NCBI GenBank assembly: GCA_026225055.1
Contig: JAMFSA010000248.1
Location: 11,137-75,136, forward strand
Origin: Mucilaginibacter xinganensis
GTDB taxonomy: Bacteria > Bacteroidota > Bacteroidia > Sphingobacteriales > Sphingobacteriaceae
Direction: 5' to 3'
DNA: 64,000 nt
Below the pieces are notes generated by a model that had not been told where the DNA came from, ran no database searches, and saw only the letters and a program-made list of their open reading frames with translations. Below, in pieces: positions 1-11,368 of the stretch (its first letter is position 1; each line of letters starts with the position of its first letter). The translations under genes were made by a program, and so were the position numbers.

Positions 1-276
1 TTCCTCAGATAAATATTTGAAGAAGGCAAGCTTAGCATCAATGTTATTCCCTACAGTGCTGGTCACCTGTACCAAGATAAAGTCTGTTGAACGATCAAAG
101 CCGAGAAAGTTTTTATCGTAAACTAAATTTTCAGCGGAATGCTCATTGATGACAACGAAACGGTCACCGTCAGGCGCTTTAAGAACATCGACAATGCCGT
201 GATAAACAATGTCAGCAAGTGTGGCGCGATACTCAGATGGTTTTCCTTTTAGTAAATCAATACGTGCAAATGGCAT
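1..276 (-). CDS. Tautomerase family protein (4-oxalocrotonate tautomerase/MSAD-like), 3' end runs off the window
   Basis: Not in the ORF track. Manual reverse translation from the ATG at 276 gives MPFARIDLLKGKPSEYRATLADIVYHGIVDVLKAPDGDRFVVINEH..., with the N-terminal catalytic Pro. Near-identical to the protein at 37294-37671. Confidence 0.85.
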   Translation of the reverse strand, partial: MPFARIDLLKGKPSEYRATLADIVYHGIVDVLKAPDGDRFVVINEHSAENLVYDKNFLGFDRSTDFILVQVTSTVGNNIDAKLAFFKYLSEE

Positions 277-410
277 AATGTTTTCCTCCTTTTTGGTTTG
301 TTTTTAAATATTTAATGATTTTATATAGCTGCAACCGTGCTACCGATTGCATGAACAAATGTGGGGAATACGCACTTGCCGGAACGAAGTCAGATGACAC
401 AATCTGAAAT

Positions 411-422
411 TGACATTTGTCA
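411..422. promoter_or_regulatory. Palindrome TGACA-N2-TGTCA, possible Crp/Fnr-family operator upstream of the tautomerase gene
   Basis: tgacatttgtca seen directly. Regulator assignment is inference; a Crp/Fnr gene lies at 13819. Confidence 0.3.
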
Positions 423-658
423 CAGGTTTTTTATTCCTGCAGCATTTAATGAAGCTTAAATAGCTATAAACGGGATTAAATGTACAGCATTTACATGTTC
501 ACCTGAAAGCATGGGGTCTCCATTTCAATCAGAGGCGCAACATCTTTTAGCTTAACTGCTAATGGAGTTTCATTTACTACTGTATCGGCCTCATCGTAGC
601 GTAAATATTTAAAATTGCCTTCTCAGGGAAATTTCATGGAAAAGGTTATTCATCGCTT

Positions 659-1480
659 TTATGATTTGATAAAGCTCAAAAGATCCATGTTAATAGTTGC
701 AGCTTGTGTCGCCGGCATCCCGTGGGGGAAGCCCGGATAAGAAATAAGCTTGCCATTTTTCAATAGCTTTATAGTTTTTGCACCTGAAATCGAAAATGGG
801 ACGATCTGATCGTCTTCGCCATGCAAAACCAGCACTGGAATATCCACGCGCTTTAAATCTTCCGTAAAGTCTGTCTCAGAAAAAGCTTTGATACCTTCGT
901 AATGCGCCTTAACACCACCCATCATTCCCTGGCGCCACCAGTTTTTCTGTATCCCCACAGATATTTTTGCACCTTGGCGGTTATAGCCATAAAACGGGAT
1001 GGTAAAATCTTTAAAGTATTGCGCTCTGTTAAATCCGGTACCTTCGCGAATCTCGTCAAACACTGACATCGGGACGCCGTCCGGGTTACCAGCTGATTGT
1101 AACATGATGGGCGTGACTGCACTGATCAGTACTACTTTCGCCACACGGCCTTTCCCCTGGTTAGCCGCGTAACGTATAGCCTCGCCGCCTCCGGTTGAAT
1201 GCCCGATATGAATAGCATTTTTCAAATCAAGGACTGTCGCAAGCTCTGCAATATCAGCTGCATAGGTATTCATATCATGTCCTTGAGACGCCTGTGCAGA
1301 CCTTCCGTGGCCCCGGCGGTCGTGGGCGATAACCCGATATCCTTGTTGAAGGAAAAACATCATCTGGTTATCCCAGTCATCGCCTGATAATGGCCAGCCA
1401 TGATGGAAAACAATCGGCTGCCCGGTGCCCCAATCCTTGTAATAAATTTCAGTTCCGTCTTTTACTGTGATCGTGCTCAT
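659..1480 (-). CDS. Non-heme chloroperoxidase/perhydrolase-type alpha/beta hydrolase
   Basis: YYKDWG, HHGWPLS, HDRRGHGRS, GHSTGG nucleophile motif, HGEDDQIVP, PHG. Likely start MSTITVKDG at 1480. Confidence 0.9.
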   Translation of the reverse strand: MSTITVKDGTEIYYKDWGTGQPIVFHHGWPLSGDDWDNQMMFFLQQGYRVIAHDRRGHGRSAQASQGHDMNTYAADIAELATVLDLKNAIHIGHSTGGGEAIRYAANQGKGRVAKVVLISAVTPIMLQSAGNPDGVPMSVFDEIREGTGFNRAQYFKDFTIPFYGYNRQGAKISVGIQKNWWRQGMMGGVKAHYEGIKAFSETDFTEDLKRVDIPVLVLHGEDDQIVPFSISGAKTIKLLKNGKLISYPGFPHGMPATQAATINMDLLSFIKS

Positions 1481-1729
1481 TGTCTTTGATTCTAAATTAT
1501 CGATGATAACACTGAGATGTTTTCTTCCTATTTGAAGAAGTGAATTTGAACGCCAATGCAATGTAAATAAACCTAATGCCACTTACATATGATTATAATT
1601 ATCGATGGGTTAATCCTGGTGATAGATTCTACTTAAATGAAGTAAACTATTAATTTCCGGCAACGTGCGTAGACGACCGTGAAAGACTTAAAAGTGCAAT
1701 TTCTAATAATATTGCTATTTTGATTTCCT

Positions 1730-2590
1730 TTAATCCAAATAGGTCCGGAGCCCCCCGGACCTCCTGCTGTCACGTAACCTGGCCAGCGCCTTATCTTTTA
1801 TTTGCCTTACGCGTTCGCGGGTAAGATGATATTTTTCACCAATTTCTTCCAGGCTGTGCGCATGCTGATTTTTCAGGCCGAAAAATAGCTCCAAAACCTC
1901 CCGTTCTTTTTCAGCCAGTATGCGCATGCTGTCGGACACCTCGATGCTAAGGGATTGATTCATCATTTCCTTATCCGTTCCTGGTTCAGGGCTCTGCAAT
2001 ACATCAAGCAATGTGTTATCTTCTTCACTTGAGAAGGGACTATCATAGGATAGGTGACGTCCTGAATGCGACAATGAATTGTTTATTTTTTCCACCGTCG
2101 TTTCCAGGTCCTCTGCCAACTCTTCGGGGGTTGGCTGCCTTTCATAGAATTGCTCTAATTTAGAAGAAGCTTTAGAGATTTTAGAAAGATCCCCAACCTT
2201 GTTTAATGGTAACCGAACCATACGTGATTGTTCGCCAATGGCGGATAAAATAGATTGACGGATCCACCAGACCGCATAGGATATAAATTTAAAACCCTTC
2301 GTCTCGTCAAAGCGTCTTGCTGCTTTAACCAAGCCAAGGTTCCCCTCATTGATCAGGTCGCCGAGTGTCAGGCCCGAACTTTGGTATTGTTTCGCCACGG
2401 AAACCACAAACCGCAAGTTTGCAGTTGTCAACCTTTCCAATGCCGCCTGATCGCCTTCCCTGATTTTTTGAGTCAAGATCACCTCTTCTTGCGGAGTAAC
2501 CATCGGAATCTTTGCAATATCTGACAAATATCGATTCAACGACGCTGTCTCACGATTGGTGATCGACTCACTAATTTTAAGTTGCCTCAT
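1730..2590 (-). CDS. RNA polymerase sigma70 factor, RpoD/SigA family (short Bacteroidota type, probably a secondary paralog)
   Basis: MRQLKI start, NLRFVVSVAKQY, DLINEGNLGL, KFISYAVWWIRQ, SLEEIGEKYHLTRERVRQI. No region 1.1. Confidence 0.93.
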   Translation of the reverse strand: MRQLKISESITNRETASLNRYLSDIAKIPMVTPQEEVILTQKIREGDQAALERLTTANLRFVVSVAKQYQSSGLTLGDLINEGNLGLVKAARRFDETKGFKFISYAVWWIRQSILSAIGEQSRMVRLPLNKVGDLSKISKASSKLEQFYERQPTPEELAEDLETTVEKINNSLSHSGRHLSYDSPFSSEEDNTLLDVLQSPEPGTDKEMMNQSLSIEVSDSMRILAEKEREVLELFFGLKNQHAHSLEEIGEKYHLTRERVRQIKDKALARLRDSRRSGGLRTYLD

Positions 2591-2932
2591 GTATGAAAAT
2601 ATTTTAATTGAATGCTAAAGATCTGGTGCCTTAGAATGCGCGAATAGCAGATTATTCTTTTGAGTTGACAGCGAACTGCTGACGCCTGCGGTAGAAAGGA
2701 TTGTCTAAAATCTTTAACACACAAAGATAAGCACAGAGCGGAAAAATAGTGTCGATTGAATGTCAGGAAGATGCGTTGAAAAATTACCCGTCAATTGAAT
2801 GTTCATTTTCGTTCAAAGAACGGGTTGAAACTTTGCAGTGTTTGAGCGGTATTTGCCCATGAAGACCTGCCCGACTTCGTAGTCGTTTAAAGAAGCTTAG
2901 GACATTCCACGTTTCTTAAATAGCCTTATAAA

Positions 2933-3874
2933 TTATTTTCCTGAATTTCTGTTTCGGAGCGCCTTATACATTTTTTCATAGCCAGGCGTGGCAACATCAA
3001 ACTGGTGACCCAGACGTACAACCTCGCCGGTTAATTCTTCCAGCTCGGTCTTTCCGATTTTTTGGAAATCGGCATACATCGAGGAAGTCGTATCGGGAGG
3101 CAAGGCCATAATACGCTGGAAAGTAGCGGCTGCAAGGCCGGCAGGAAGTACGATATGGTTGCCTTCCGCAACTTGTGTTAATTCATCAAGCAATTGCCGG
3201 ATGCTTGCTGTTTTTGCTGCATCTTGCTGCGCCTCACCAATGGCCGTGTCATAGTAGGACGTTATGGTCGCCATGACCGAGATAAAAAAGAATTTTTTCC
3301 AGAGTTCCTCGTCGATATCCGCGGCTACGTCCGCTTTCAGGCCGGCACCCCTAAACAGATCTTCGACAAAATGCAGCTCCGCTTGGTCTCCTTTATTTGC
3401 CCCGAAGTATAATTGGTTGACGGGGCCGCTTTGGCGAATCACGCCGCGTTCCTGCTGACGCGCGATGATGTAGATGCATCCTTTCCAGATACGTGCCAGC
3501 GGAAATTGCCTTTGTACTTTTTCGCCGATACCAATGCCGTTCAAAAAAGGTAAAATGATGCTTCCCGGTTTTAAGCAGTCCGCATAAAGCCGGAGGCTTT
3601 CCTCCAGGTCGTAGCCCTTGACGGAGCAAATCAGCAGATCGATCTTGCCGATTTCTGCGGGGTCATCGCTGACAAGATCGGCATATACCATGCGCTCCCC
3701 CGCATCAGTGATCAGCTTGAGTCCATTTTTCTTTAAAATTTTAAGAGTTTGGTTACGGGCGATGAAAATCACTTCCGCTAACTGATTCGCGGCGGCGGCA
3801 AGTGTGCCGCCGATATAGCCGCCCACGCCGCCCATTCCGAGGATCGCTATTCTAAATTTCCGTACTTCTTTCAT
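2933..3874 (-). CDS. panE: 2-dehydropantoate 2-reductase (ketopantoate reductase family)
   Basis: GMGGVGG Rossmann motif, SVKGYD, FLNGIG, LWKKF, TSSMYAD, TELE. Confidence 0.85.
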   Translation of the reverse strand: MKEVRKFRIAILGMGGVGGYIGGTLAAAANQLAEVIFIARNQTLKILKKNGLKLITDAGERMVYADLVSDDPAEIGKIDLLICSVKGYDLEESLRLYADCLKPGSIILPFLNGIGIGEKVQRQFPLARIWKGCIYIIARQQERGVIRQSGPVNQLYFGANKGDQAELHFVEDLFRGAGLKADVAADIDEELWKKFFFISVMATITSYYDTAIGEAQQDAAKTASIRQLLDELTQVAEGNHIVLPAGLAAATFQRIMALPPDTTSSMYADFQKIGKTELEELTGEVVRLGHQFDVATPGYEKMYKALRNRNSGK

Positions 3875-3893
3875 TATCAATCGATTTAAAAGG

Positions 3894-5168
3894 TTAACTT
3901 TTCAAATTGTCCGGCAGGTTAATTCGTATCGTCTGGGGGTTATCACGCGATCCGGAAATGATCTTAAAAGTAACCCCCTCCAGCGTAATGGTCCCACCAT
4001 CAGTCAGCAAAGCGCTTTCTCCCGCAAAAAGGTCAGCAAGGCTTAAGTATTTTGCTTCATAATGCCTCAACCAATGTAGATTTAGTGTATTGCGTATACG
4101 TTGCAGATGAATGAAGTTTTCTGCAATCCATATACCCTCAGATTTCTGATAAAAATAGGAGGTATAGTCTTCCAACTCGGGTATATCCCCGAAAACGCCT
4201 TCCATAATATCCTGCATGGCAATTACACCCATAAATTTCTTTCCTTCTCCTCGGACTATCCCGAATTCTACTTTTTTTTCTTTGAAAGCACTAAACACGT
4301 CCCTCACTGCTGCGTTTTCCTGGACAGAACAATTATAATTGATGCAATCGTGCCAGTCTTCTGTTGCATTTAAAAAGAAAGCTTTTACGTGGATAACACC
4401 AATGATTTGACCGGGATCATCCTGGTACACCGGGAAATTTGAATATGGGCGTTCTCTAATCTTTTTGGTGACTTGTTCCCTGGTTAAATCATTCGAAATA
4501 CAAACGATAATCCTCGCAGGTTTCATGATATTTTTTGCTTTCAGGTCGTTAAATGCAAATAAATTTTCATGCATGGAGAATTGCTGCTGACCAAGCAATC
4601 CCTGCTTGTAGGCTGTACCGAGCATGCCTTTTAGATCTCTCTCAGATATTTTTTTATGATCAGCTTTCTTGATAGATAATACAGACAGGATAAACCGCGT
4701 ACTCCTGGTGAGCAGCTTGATAAAAGGATATAACGCTTTATGGAAGAGGACGAGGGACGGTGCGACAGCCAGGGATACTTTGAGTGGCATCTGAATGGCT
4801 ATGGACATCGGCACAAGCACTCCAAACACGAGTGTGAGGTAAGTGATCGTGCCGATGCCAATGATCAGAGCAGCGATGTGGGCGGTCGTTCCGCTCAAGC
4901 CCAGTATAAGAAACCAATGATCCAATTGTGCGGCTACCATGCCTCCCCCGTAAATACCTTCCAGCAAACCCAGTAAAGTGGTGCCAACTTCGATAGCGCT
5001 CAGAAACTCTTCGGGATCTTTAATCAGCTGCAATACCTGGAACGCCCTTTGATTGTTTTTGCTTTCTTCCTCAGCAAGCTCTGCATTATTTACAGAAATA
5101 AGCGCCATTTCCGCTAATGAAAAATAGCCATTCAGGATAATAAGCAGAATAATAATGATAAACCCCAT
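3894..5168 (-). CDS. CNNM/DUF21-CBS membrane protein (hemolysin/TlyC/CorB family)
   Basis: LNGYFSLAEMALIS N-terminal TM domain, YSNFPVY CBS motif, DIMEGVFGDI. Confidence 0.85.
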   Translation of the reverse strand: MGFIIIILLIILNGYFSLAEMALISVNNAELAEEESKNNQRAFQVLQLIKDPEEFLSAIEVGTTLLGLLEGIYGGGMVAAQLDHWFLILGLSGTTAHIAALIIGIGTITYLTLVFGVLVPMSIAIQMPLKVSLAVAPSLVLFHKALYPFIKLLTRSTRFILSVLSIKKADHKKISERDLKGMLGTAYKQGLLGQQQFSMHENLFAFNDLKAKNIMKPARIIVCISNDLTREQVTKKIRERPYSNFPVYQDDPGQIIGVIHVKAFFLNATEDWHDCINYNCSVQENAAVRDVFSAFKEKKVEFGIVRGEGKKFMGVIAMQDIMEGVFGDIPELEDYTSYFYQKSEGIWIAENFIHLQRIRNTLNLHWLRHYEAKYLSLADLFAGESALLTDGGTITLEGVTFKIISGSRDNPQTIRINLPDNLKS

Positions 5169-5744
5169 ATGATCTGTATATCTTATAATAATTAGCTTGT
5201 TAAAATACCATTTAAAAAACTGATATTATTGCCGGCAGATTCCAGCAGCCAAAACAAAATTTAAAATGTAACTTTTAAAAAATAATCTGCCAAGCAGGCA
5301 AACATGTCCATTGGTCAACGCAGAACATTTTTGTTAACATTAAGCTTCCCGTTGATTCAATTATTCCTGTGTGTTCTGCCTTATTATCCCCGGGAAACCA
5401 AAGGGCTATTTTACTTAAATCCTTTCGCTAAAAGACTATTGGCGCTATTACTTAGCTGATATATCATATAATTCAAGCTATTTCTGTTTACCCTGACATT
5501 TGCAGACCTTGCATTTGCGGGTTCCATTCTGATTCCGGGTAATTCATGTTGAAAACGTAAATATTATGACTCATCAGGGTTTTAATGCCCCCGCACCGGT
5601 CCAGTATCAAAGGAAGCAGAATTATATATATACTTAATATACCGTACAAATGAAATCGAAATTGATTGCAAACACCCAGGTCACAGCGACGCCGAACATT
5701 TTGGCATCACCGGAATTCGCTTTTAAAAAAATGGAGGAAATTAT

Positions 5745-6596
5745 ATGAAAACTGTATTGATCACAGGGGCAGGTACCGGCTTCGGGAATGAAGCCGCGAT
5801 GAGACTGGCTGAGAAAGGCTTTGACGTCATCGCCGCGGTCGAAATTTATGCGCAGGTACAGCCACTGAAGCGCCAGGCTGTTGCACGTGGTGTAAATATT
5901 CGCGTGGTAAAACTTGACGTTACCAACGAAGGGGACCGGCTGAAAGCGCTTAAATGGAATGTCGAAATTCTGGTTAACAACGCCGGGGTACTTGAAGGCG
6001 GGTCTGTCATCGACATTCCAGGCCTGAACCAGCGGAACCAATTCGAAGTAAATGTCATCGGTCCGCTGCTGTTAACCCAGGGCATTGCCAAGCAAATGGC
6101 CAAACGAGGTAAAGGCCGCATTATTTGGGTGTCTTCGCGTGAAGGGGTCAACGTTAACCCGTTCACCGGAATCTATGCCGCATCTAAACATGCCGTCGAA
6201 GCCGTTGCCCAGACGATGAGCCTGGAACTTCAGGAATTTGGCGTGGAGGTTGCCACGGTCAATCCCGGTCCATTTCTGACAGGTTTTAATGATCGCGGAT
6301 TTCAAACCTGGGAAAGCTGGGTAGATGATCCGGCTGAGCGCTTATTCGATTATTCGAAGCTCGCGTTTCCCAGAGCCCAATTCGATCCCGAACCTGTTTA
6401 TGTGACGTTGACTGCGGTTGCGGCGGGCGAAGTAGATACTTTCCGTAACCTCGAACCTCAGTCTATGCTGGAGGAAACCAAAAGGAACATCGATAATGTA
6501 TGGTCGAAAAAAATTAAGGATGGCCTTGGCACACGTCCGGCGGCGCTTCAGGCCTCCTTCGATATGAAGCCGGAGACGCCCGTGAAAAAAGCATAG
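5745..6596 (+). CDS. Short-chain dehydrogenase/reductase (SDR)
   Basis: TGAGTGFG, LVNNAG, YAASK catalytic motif. Confidence 0.92.
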   Translation: MKTVLITGAGTGFGNEAAMRLAEKGFDVIAAVEIYAQVQPLKRQAVARGVNIRVVKLDVTNEGDRLKALKWNVEILVNNAGVLEGGSVIDIPGLNQRNQFEVNVIGPLLLTQGIAKQMAKRGKGRIIWVSSREGVNVNPFTGIYAASKHAVEAVAQTMSLELQEFGVEVATVNPGPFLTGFNDRGFQTWESWVDDPAERLFDYSKLAFPRAQFDPEPVYVTLTAVAAGEVDTFRNLEPQSMLEETKRNIDNVWSKKIKDGLGTRPAALQASFDMKPETPVKKA

Positions 6597-6609
6597 CTTT
6601 TGCATATAA

Positions 6610-6644
6610 TTAAGGATGTCACTTTTTCAGCGTGGCATCCTTAA
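6610..6644 (+). terminator. Stem-loop after SDR gene
   Basis: ttaaggatgtcac (6610-6622) pairs with gtggcatccttaa (6632-6644), one G-U pair. Confidence 0.55.
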
Positions 6645-6780
6645 ACATTTGCGGAAAAAAAGAGTGGGTGCAACAGAAATTTAGAACGCTGCTGCTTTTA
6701 CATTCATTCAGCTTATTGCCATAGTTCAGAAAATTAACGCCATCAGAACATCTTATTTTACCAACATCTCCAACAGTATT

Positions 6781-7071
6781 ATGGAAAAAGAATTGATCGT
6801 AAAATGGACACTCAGGGATTCAGAAATATCCAGGATACTTGGGCTGATTCCTCCGCTGGTTGAAAAATCCAAAAATGAAAAGGGGAATATTTTCTACCAT
6901 GTTTACCAATCCGCAGATAATCCTAATGTCCTTATTTTACATGAACGTTATGCTGATCAGGAAGCATTGGATGCACATAAGAATTCGGAGCATTATAGGG
7001 AAACAGTGGCCTCGCAGATCGTTCCCTATCTTGAAAACCGGGAGGTACAGTTGGTGAATAAGTTATTCTAA
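6781..7071 (+). CDS. Antibiotic biosynthesis monooxygenase (ABM)/quinol monooxygenase family protein
   Basis: SKNEKGNIFYHVYQ...LHERYADQEALDAHKNSEHY. Confidence 0.85.
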   Translation: MEKELIVKWTLRDSEISRILGLIPPLVEKSKNEKGNIFYHVYQSADNPNVLILHERYADQEALDAHKNSEHYRETVASQIVPYLENREVQLVNKLF

Positions 7072-7107
7072 TAGCAGGCCTGATTTTATTAATCTAAAAA
7101 TATTGCG

Positions 7108-7779
7108 ATGTCAAAAAAGATTTTAATTATCGTTTCCAATGCTAAAATAATTGGACCAAAACACAGAAAAACGGGTGTATACTTACCTGAAGCAGCCCAT
7201 CCCTATAGTGAATTCGATGCTGTTGGATATAACATTGACTTTGCAAGTCTTACAGGCGAAGTTCCTGCACTGGATGGAATGGAGTCAAAGGATGAATCCC
7301 AAAATGCAAAGTTTTTACAAGGCAAAGGCTGGGAAAAAATGCAGAATAATACAAAACTCGCTGATGTCGATGTGAGCGTTTACGATGCCATCTTTGTTTC
7401 CGGCGGCCTTGCCCCTATGGTGGATATGCCTGAAAATCTTTTGCTCAAGAAAATCATCATGCAAACCTGGGAACGCGGGGCAGTGGTAAGTGCCGTATGT
7501 CATGGACCGGTAGCATTCCTTAATGTAAAACTGAGCGACGGGACATTTTTATTGAAGGGAAGAAATATTACCGCATTTACCAATGAAGAGGAGGAAAATT
7601 ATGCTAAAGACGATGTCCCATTTTCATTGGAAACAGCACTTTCCGATCAGGGTGCCATATTCCATGCAGGTAAGGCCTGGGCTTCTTATAGTATTGCTGA
7701 TGGAAATATGGTGACTGGCCAAAATCCGGCATCCGCAGGTGAAACTGCGCGGAAAGTAATAGCGCTTTTAAGAGCCTAG
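7108..7779 (+). CDS. DJ-1/PfpI family (Hsp31/glyoxalase III-like) protein
   Basis: TGVYLPEAAHPY, SAVCHGP, VTGQNPAS. Confidence 0.88.
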   Translation: MSKKILIIVSNAKIIGPKHRKTGVYLPEAAHPYSEFDAVGYNIDFASLTGEVPALDGMESKDESQNAKFLQGKGWEKMQNNTKLADVDVSVYDAIFVSGGLAPMVDMPENLLLKKIIMQTWERGAVVSAVCHGPVAFLNVKLSDGTFLLKGRNITAFTNEEEENYAKDDVPFSLETALSDQGAIFHAGKAWASYSIADGNMVTGQNPASAGETARKVIALLRA

Positions 7780-7922
7780 GTAATCTATACACAGCCCTGC
7801 ATTTTATGAAAACACCAATGAAAGCCAAAATCATAGTGCTAGCATCGCGCCCTGTACTAATCTTCCACGGTATGGCGAGGTAATCGTAAGTGAAAAGGCA
7901 ATAAATAATAACAATTAAAACC

Positions 7923-9425
7923 ATGAAACACTCGCAGTCAGTCGGTAATCCGGATATTGTGCTTATTGGAGCTGGCATTATGAGTGCTACGCTGGCCATA
8001 ATGTTGCATGAGCTTGACCCGGACCTTAAGATCAGAATTTATGAGGTGCTTGACCAACCCGCTCAGGAAAGTTCTAATGCCTGGAACAACGCAGGTACCG
8101 GCCATGCGGCCCTGTGCGAATTGAATTATACTCCGCAAAAAGATGACGGCAGTATAGACATTTCAAAAGCACTTCAGGTAAATACAGAATTCGATCTGTC
8201 ACGGCAGTTATGGTCTTATCTGGTTACAAAGGGAAAAATTAAAGACCCGCAGGATTTTATCCATGCGGTACCGCATATCAGCTTTGTACAGGGGGTAGAA
8301 AATGTTGCCTTCCTGAAAAAGCGGCATGAAGCCCTTGTTGCCAACCCTTGTTATCACGGAATGGAATTTTCGGATGACAAAGAAGTTATTGCGCAGTGGG
8401 TGCCATTGGTTGTGGAAGGCCGTGACCCGGCGGAAAAAGTAGCCGCAACGCGGATGCAGACCGGCACAGATGTAGATTATGGAGCGCTGACACGGATATT
8501 GCTGGACTCCTTAAAAGATACCGAAAATGTGTTTATTCATTACAACCACCGCGTTCAGGATTTAGAACGGAAAGGTACCGACTGGCAAGCCAGCATAAGG
8601 AATGAGAGAAGCGGTGACCATCATTATATTTCCAGCCCGTTTATTTTCATCGGTGCGGGTGGCGGTTCTTTACCGCTGCTGCAAAAGTCGGGAATAGAGG
8701 AAGCAAAAGGATATGCCGGCTTCCCCGTAAGTGGCGTGTGGCTGCGCTGTGACAACGAGGAAATTGCGCGGCGCCACGATGCAAAGGTATATGGTAAAGC
8801 AGCTGTGGGCTCTCCGCCGATGTCTGTTCCTCACCTCGACCGGCGTCATATAGAAGGGAAAATGCACCTGCTTTTCGGGCCTTTTGCAGGCTTTTCTACG
8901 AAATTCCTGAAACACGGCTCCTATCTGGATCTGTTCGGTTCAATTGATCCCGGAAACATCCTGCCCTTACTTGCGGTAGGCAGGGACAATGTAGCACTAA
9001 CCGAATACCTGATAGGGCAGGTGCTGGAGTCAGACGAAGAACGGTATTATGCGCTAAGGGAATTTTTCCCTGTGGCAGCAGAGAGTGACTGGCGCCTGGA
9101 ACTAGCCGGACAACGGGTGCAGATCATAAAAAAAGACCCGGTTCACGGTGGCATACTGGAATTTGGAACCGAACTGGTTGGCGCAGCCGATAAAAGCATC
9201 ATCGCTATGCTTGGTGCATCACCCGGGGCGTCAACAGCAGTGTCGATTATGTTGGATGTATTGGAACGTTGCTTTACGGAAAAAATAAAGGGCGGTGCCT
9301 GGACACCGAAATTAAAGGAGATCATTCCTTCGTATGGACAATCACTTATAGATAATCCTGCGCTTGCACTCGAACAGCGGGCAAGAACAGCGATAATATT
9401 AAAAATTAAAAACATATCATCATGA
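7923..9425 (+). CDS. mqo: Malate:quinone oxidoreductase
   Basis: [60 protein letters not shown]. Confidence 0.96.
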   Translation: MKHSQSVGNPDIVLIGAGIMSATLAIMLHELDPDLKIRIYEVLDQPAQESSNAWNNAGTGHAALCELNYTPQKDDGSIDISKALQVNTEFDLSRQLWSYLVTKGKIKDPQDFIHAVPHISFVQGVENVAFLKKRHEALVANPCYHGMEFSDDKEVIAQWVPLVVEGRDPAEKVAATRMQTGTDVDYGALTRILLDSLKDTENVFIHYNHRVQDLERKGTDWQASIRNERSGDHHYISSPFIFIGAGGGSLPLLQKSGIEEAKGYAGFPVSGVWLRCDNEEIARRHDAKVYGKAAVGSPPMSVPHLDRRHIEGKMHLLFGPFAGFSTKFLKHGSYLDLFGSIDPGNILPLLAVGRDNVALTEYLIGQVLESDEERYYALREFFPVAAESDWRLELAGQRVQIIKKDPVHGGILEFGTELVGAADKSIIAMLGASPGASTAVSIMLDVLERCFTEKIKGGAWTPKLKEIIPSYGQSLIDNPALALEQRARTAIILKIKNISS

Positions 9426-9784
9426 TCAGAGCATATCTTATGTATACGGGCGAAGACGGCAATTCACATGTAAAACGCGGAAGCATCAGCGAGGGGGCCT
9501 TGGTGAAGGCCGATCACACGCTGTTTAAAGAAACGGCAGCAAATTCTTCATTTGACTGGCATAATGATCCGATACCACAATACGTGATCACCTTATCTGG
9601 TATCCTCGAATTTACCACAAAAAACGGGGAAAGCTTTACCATTCATCCCGGAGATGTGCTGTTAGCTACTGACCATACCGGCTCAGGTCACAAATGGCGT
9701 TTAATGAACGCGGATCCCTGGAAGCGGGTATATGTAATTTTCAAAGAAGGTGAGGACACTCATTTTGTGCCTGACGAATCCTAA
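9422..9784 (+). CDS. Cupin domain protein
   Basis: [31 protein letters not shown]. Overlaps the mqo stop by 4 nt. Confidence 0.75.
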   Translation: MIRAYLMYTGEDGNSHVKRGSISEGALVKADHTLFKETAANSSFDWHNDPIPQYVITLSGILEFTTKNGESFTIHPGDVLLATDHTGSGHKWRLMNADPWKRVYVIFKEGEDTHFVPDES

Positions 9785-9811
9785 CTAACATGAAAATAAA
9801 AACAAGAAATT

Positions 9812-11230
9812 ATGGGACAGAACATCGCAATTCCAATAGGAACAAATGAAACAGGCAGTCGCAGGGAAAGTGATTCTATGGGGATAATTGATGTCCCAGC
9901 AGAACACTACTGGGGCGCACAAACGCAAAGGAGTCTGGTCCACTTTTCCATTGGAAGTGACCGAATGCCAAAAGCCGTTTACCATGCTTACGGCTATGTG
10001 AAAAAAGCTGCTGCAATGGTCAACGAGGCCGATGGACGACTGCCAAATGACCTTGCTGCCGTAATAATTGCTGCCGCCGATGAAGTGATAGCAAAAAAAC
10101 TGGATCCGGAATTTCCCCTTTTTGTCTGGCAGACGGGTTCAGGTACACAATCTAATATGAATCTCAATGAAGTGATCTCCAACAGGGCCATACAGTTTCT
10201 TGGTGGGGTGTTGGGCAGCAAAAAACCGGTACACCCGAATGATCATGTAAATATGGGACAATCGTCAAATGATAGCTTTCCCACTGCCATGCATATTGCG
10301 GCGGTGATGGCTATCGATGACCATCTGATTCCGGCGCTGGAGCAGCTGAACAAGGCAATTACAGCCAAATCTGAAGAATGGAAAGATGTTATTAAAATCG
10401 GCCGAACCCACTTGCAGGACGCCGTACCGGTTACAGTAGGTCAGGAATGGTCCGGGTATGCCGCACAGCTTTCAGCGGCTATTGACCGCGTCAAAGCAAG
10501 CAGAAATGAGCTCTACCAACTCGCGGAAGGTGGCACAGCGGTGGGTACCGGATTGAATGCACCGAGAGGGTTTGACGAAAAAATCGCCCGGCAAATAGCA
10601 GAGCTCACACAGAAGCCATTTGTAACAGCACCAAATAAGTTTGCTGCTCAGGGCTCCCTAGATGGGATGGTCGCTGCTATGTCGGCATTGAAAAGTGTTG
10701 CTGTAGCACTGATGAAAATTGCGAATGACATGCGCTGGCTAGCATCAGGACCGCGCTGCGGAATCGGTGAATTGATATTGCCGCCCAATGAACCCGGATC
10801 AAGCATAATGCCTGGTAAAGTAAATCCCACACAATGTGAAGCGATTGTTATGATTTGTATCCAGGTGATAGCTGAAGATACCGCAGTGGCCTTTGCCGGC
10901 AGCCAGGGTAATTTCGAGCTCAATGCGATGCGTCCCATCATCATCAATAACTTTTTACATGCAGCAACAATTCTCGCTGACGGTTCGGATAAATTCAGGT
11001 TTTTTTCTGTACAAGGCACGCAACTGAACCTGCCTAGAATTGAGGAGTATTTGAACCGGTCGCTCATGCTGGTAACCGCCTTAAGCCCGGTGATCGGCTA
11101 TGATAAGGCGTCCGCGATTGCCCATCACGCACAGGACAAAAATCTGACCCTCAAAGAAGCTGCCTTAGCCAGTGGGTTTATTGATGAAAAACAATTTGAC
11201 GAGGTGGTAGATCCTAGAAAAATGGTTTGA
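9812..11230 (+). CDS. fumC: Class II fumarate hydratase
   Basis: WGAQTQRS, WQTGSGTQSNMN, HPNDHVN, GRTHLQDA, GSSIMPGKVNPTQCE signature. Confidence 0.97.
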   Translation: MGQNIAIPIGTNETGSRRESDSMGIIDVPAEHYWGAQTQRSLVHFSIGSDRMPKAVYHAYGYVKKAAAMVNEADGRLPNDLAAVIIAAADEVIAKKLDPEFPLFVWQTGSGTQSNMNLNEVISNRAIQFLGGVLGSKKPVHPNDHVNMGQSSNDSFPTAMHIAAVMAIDDHLIPALEQLNKAITAKSEEWKDVIKIGRTHLQDAVPVTVGQEWSGYAAQLSAAIDRVKASRNELYQLAEGGTAVGTGLNAPRGFDEKIARQIAELTQKPFVTAPNKFAAQGSLDGMVAAMSALKSVAVALMKIANDMRWLASGPRCGIGELILPPNEPGSSIMPGKVNPTQCEAIVMICIQVIAEDTAVAFAGSQGNFELNAMRPIIINNFLHAATILADGSDKFRFFSVQGTQLNLPRIEEYLNRSLMLVTALSPVIGYDKASAIAHHAQDKNLTLKEAALASGFIDEKQFDEVVDPRKMV

Positions 11231-11368
11231 ACAATTAGCTTAACATTTTCTTATAGGCTGCCTGAATTTGGCCAGGGATCATGTATCTTGCTTTTGCCAG
11301 TCATACGGATAAATTTCACGATTTGGAACACTATATTATTAAGGGTAATATCCCTGATTTTTAAAGCC

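Noticed and set aside
3894-5168. Hemolysin/virulence factor
   Set aside because: The DUF21-CBS family is established as Mg2+/divalent cation transport related; the hemolysin label is a legacy annotation.
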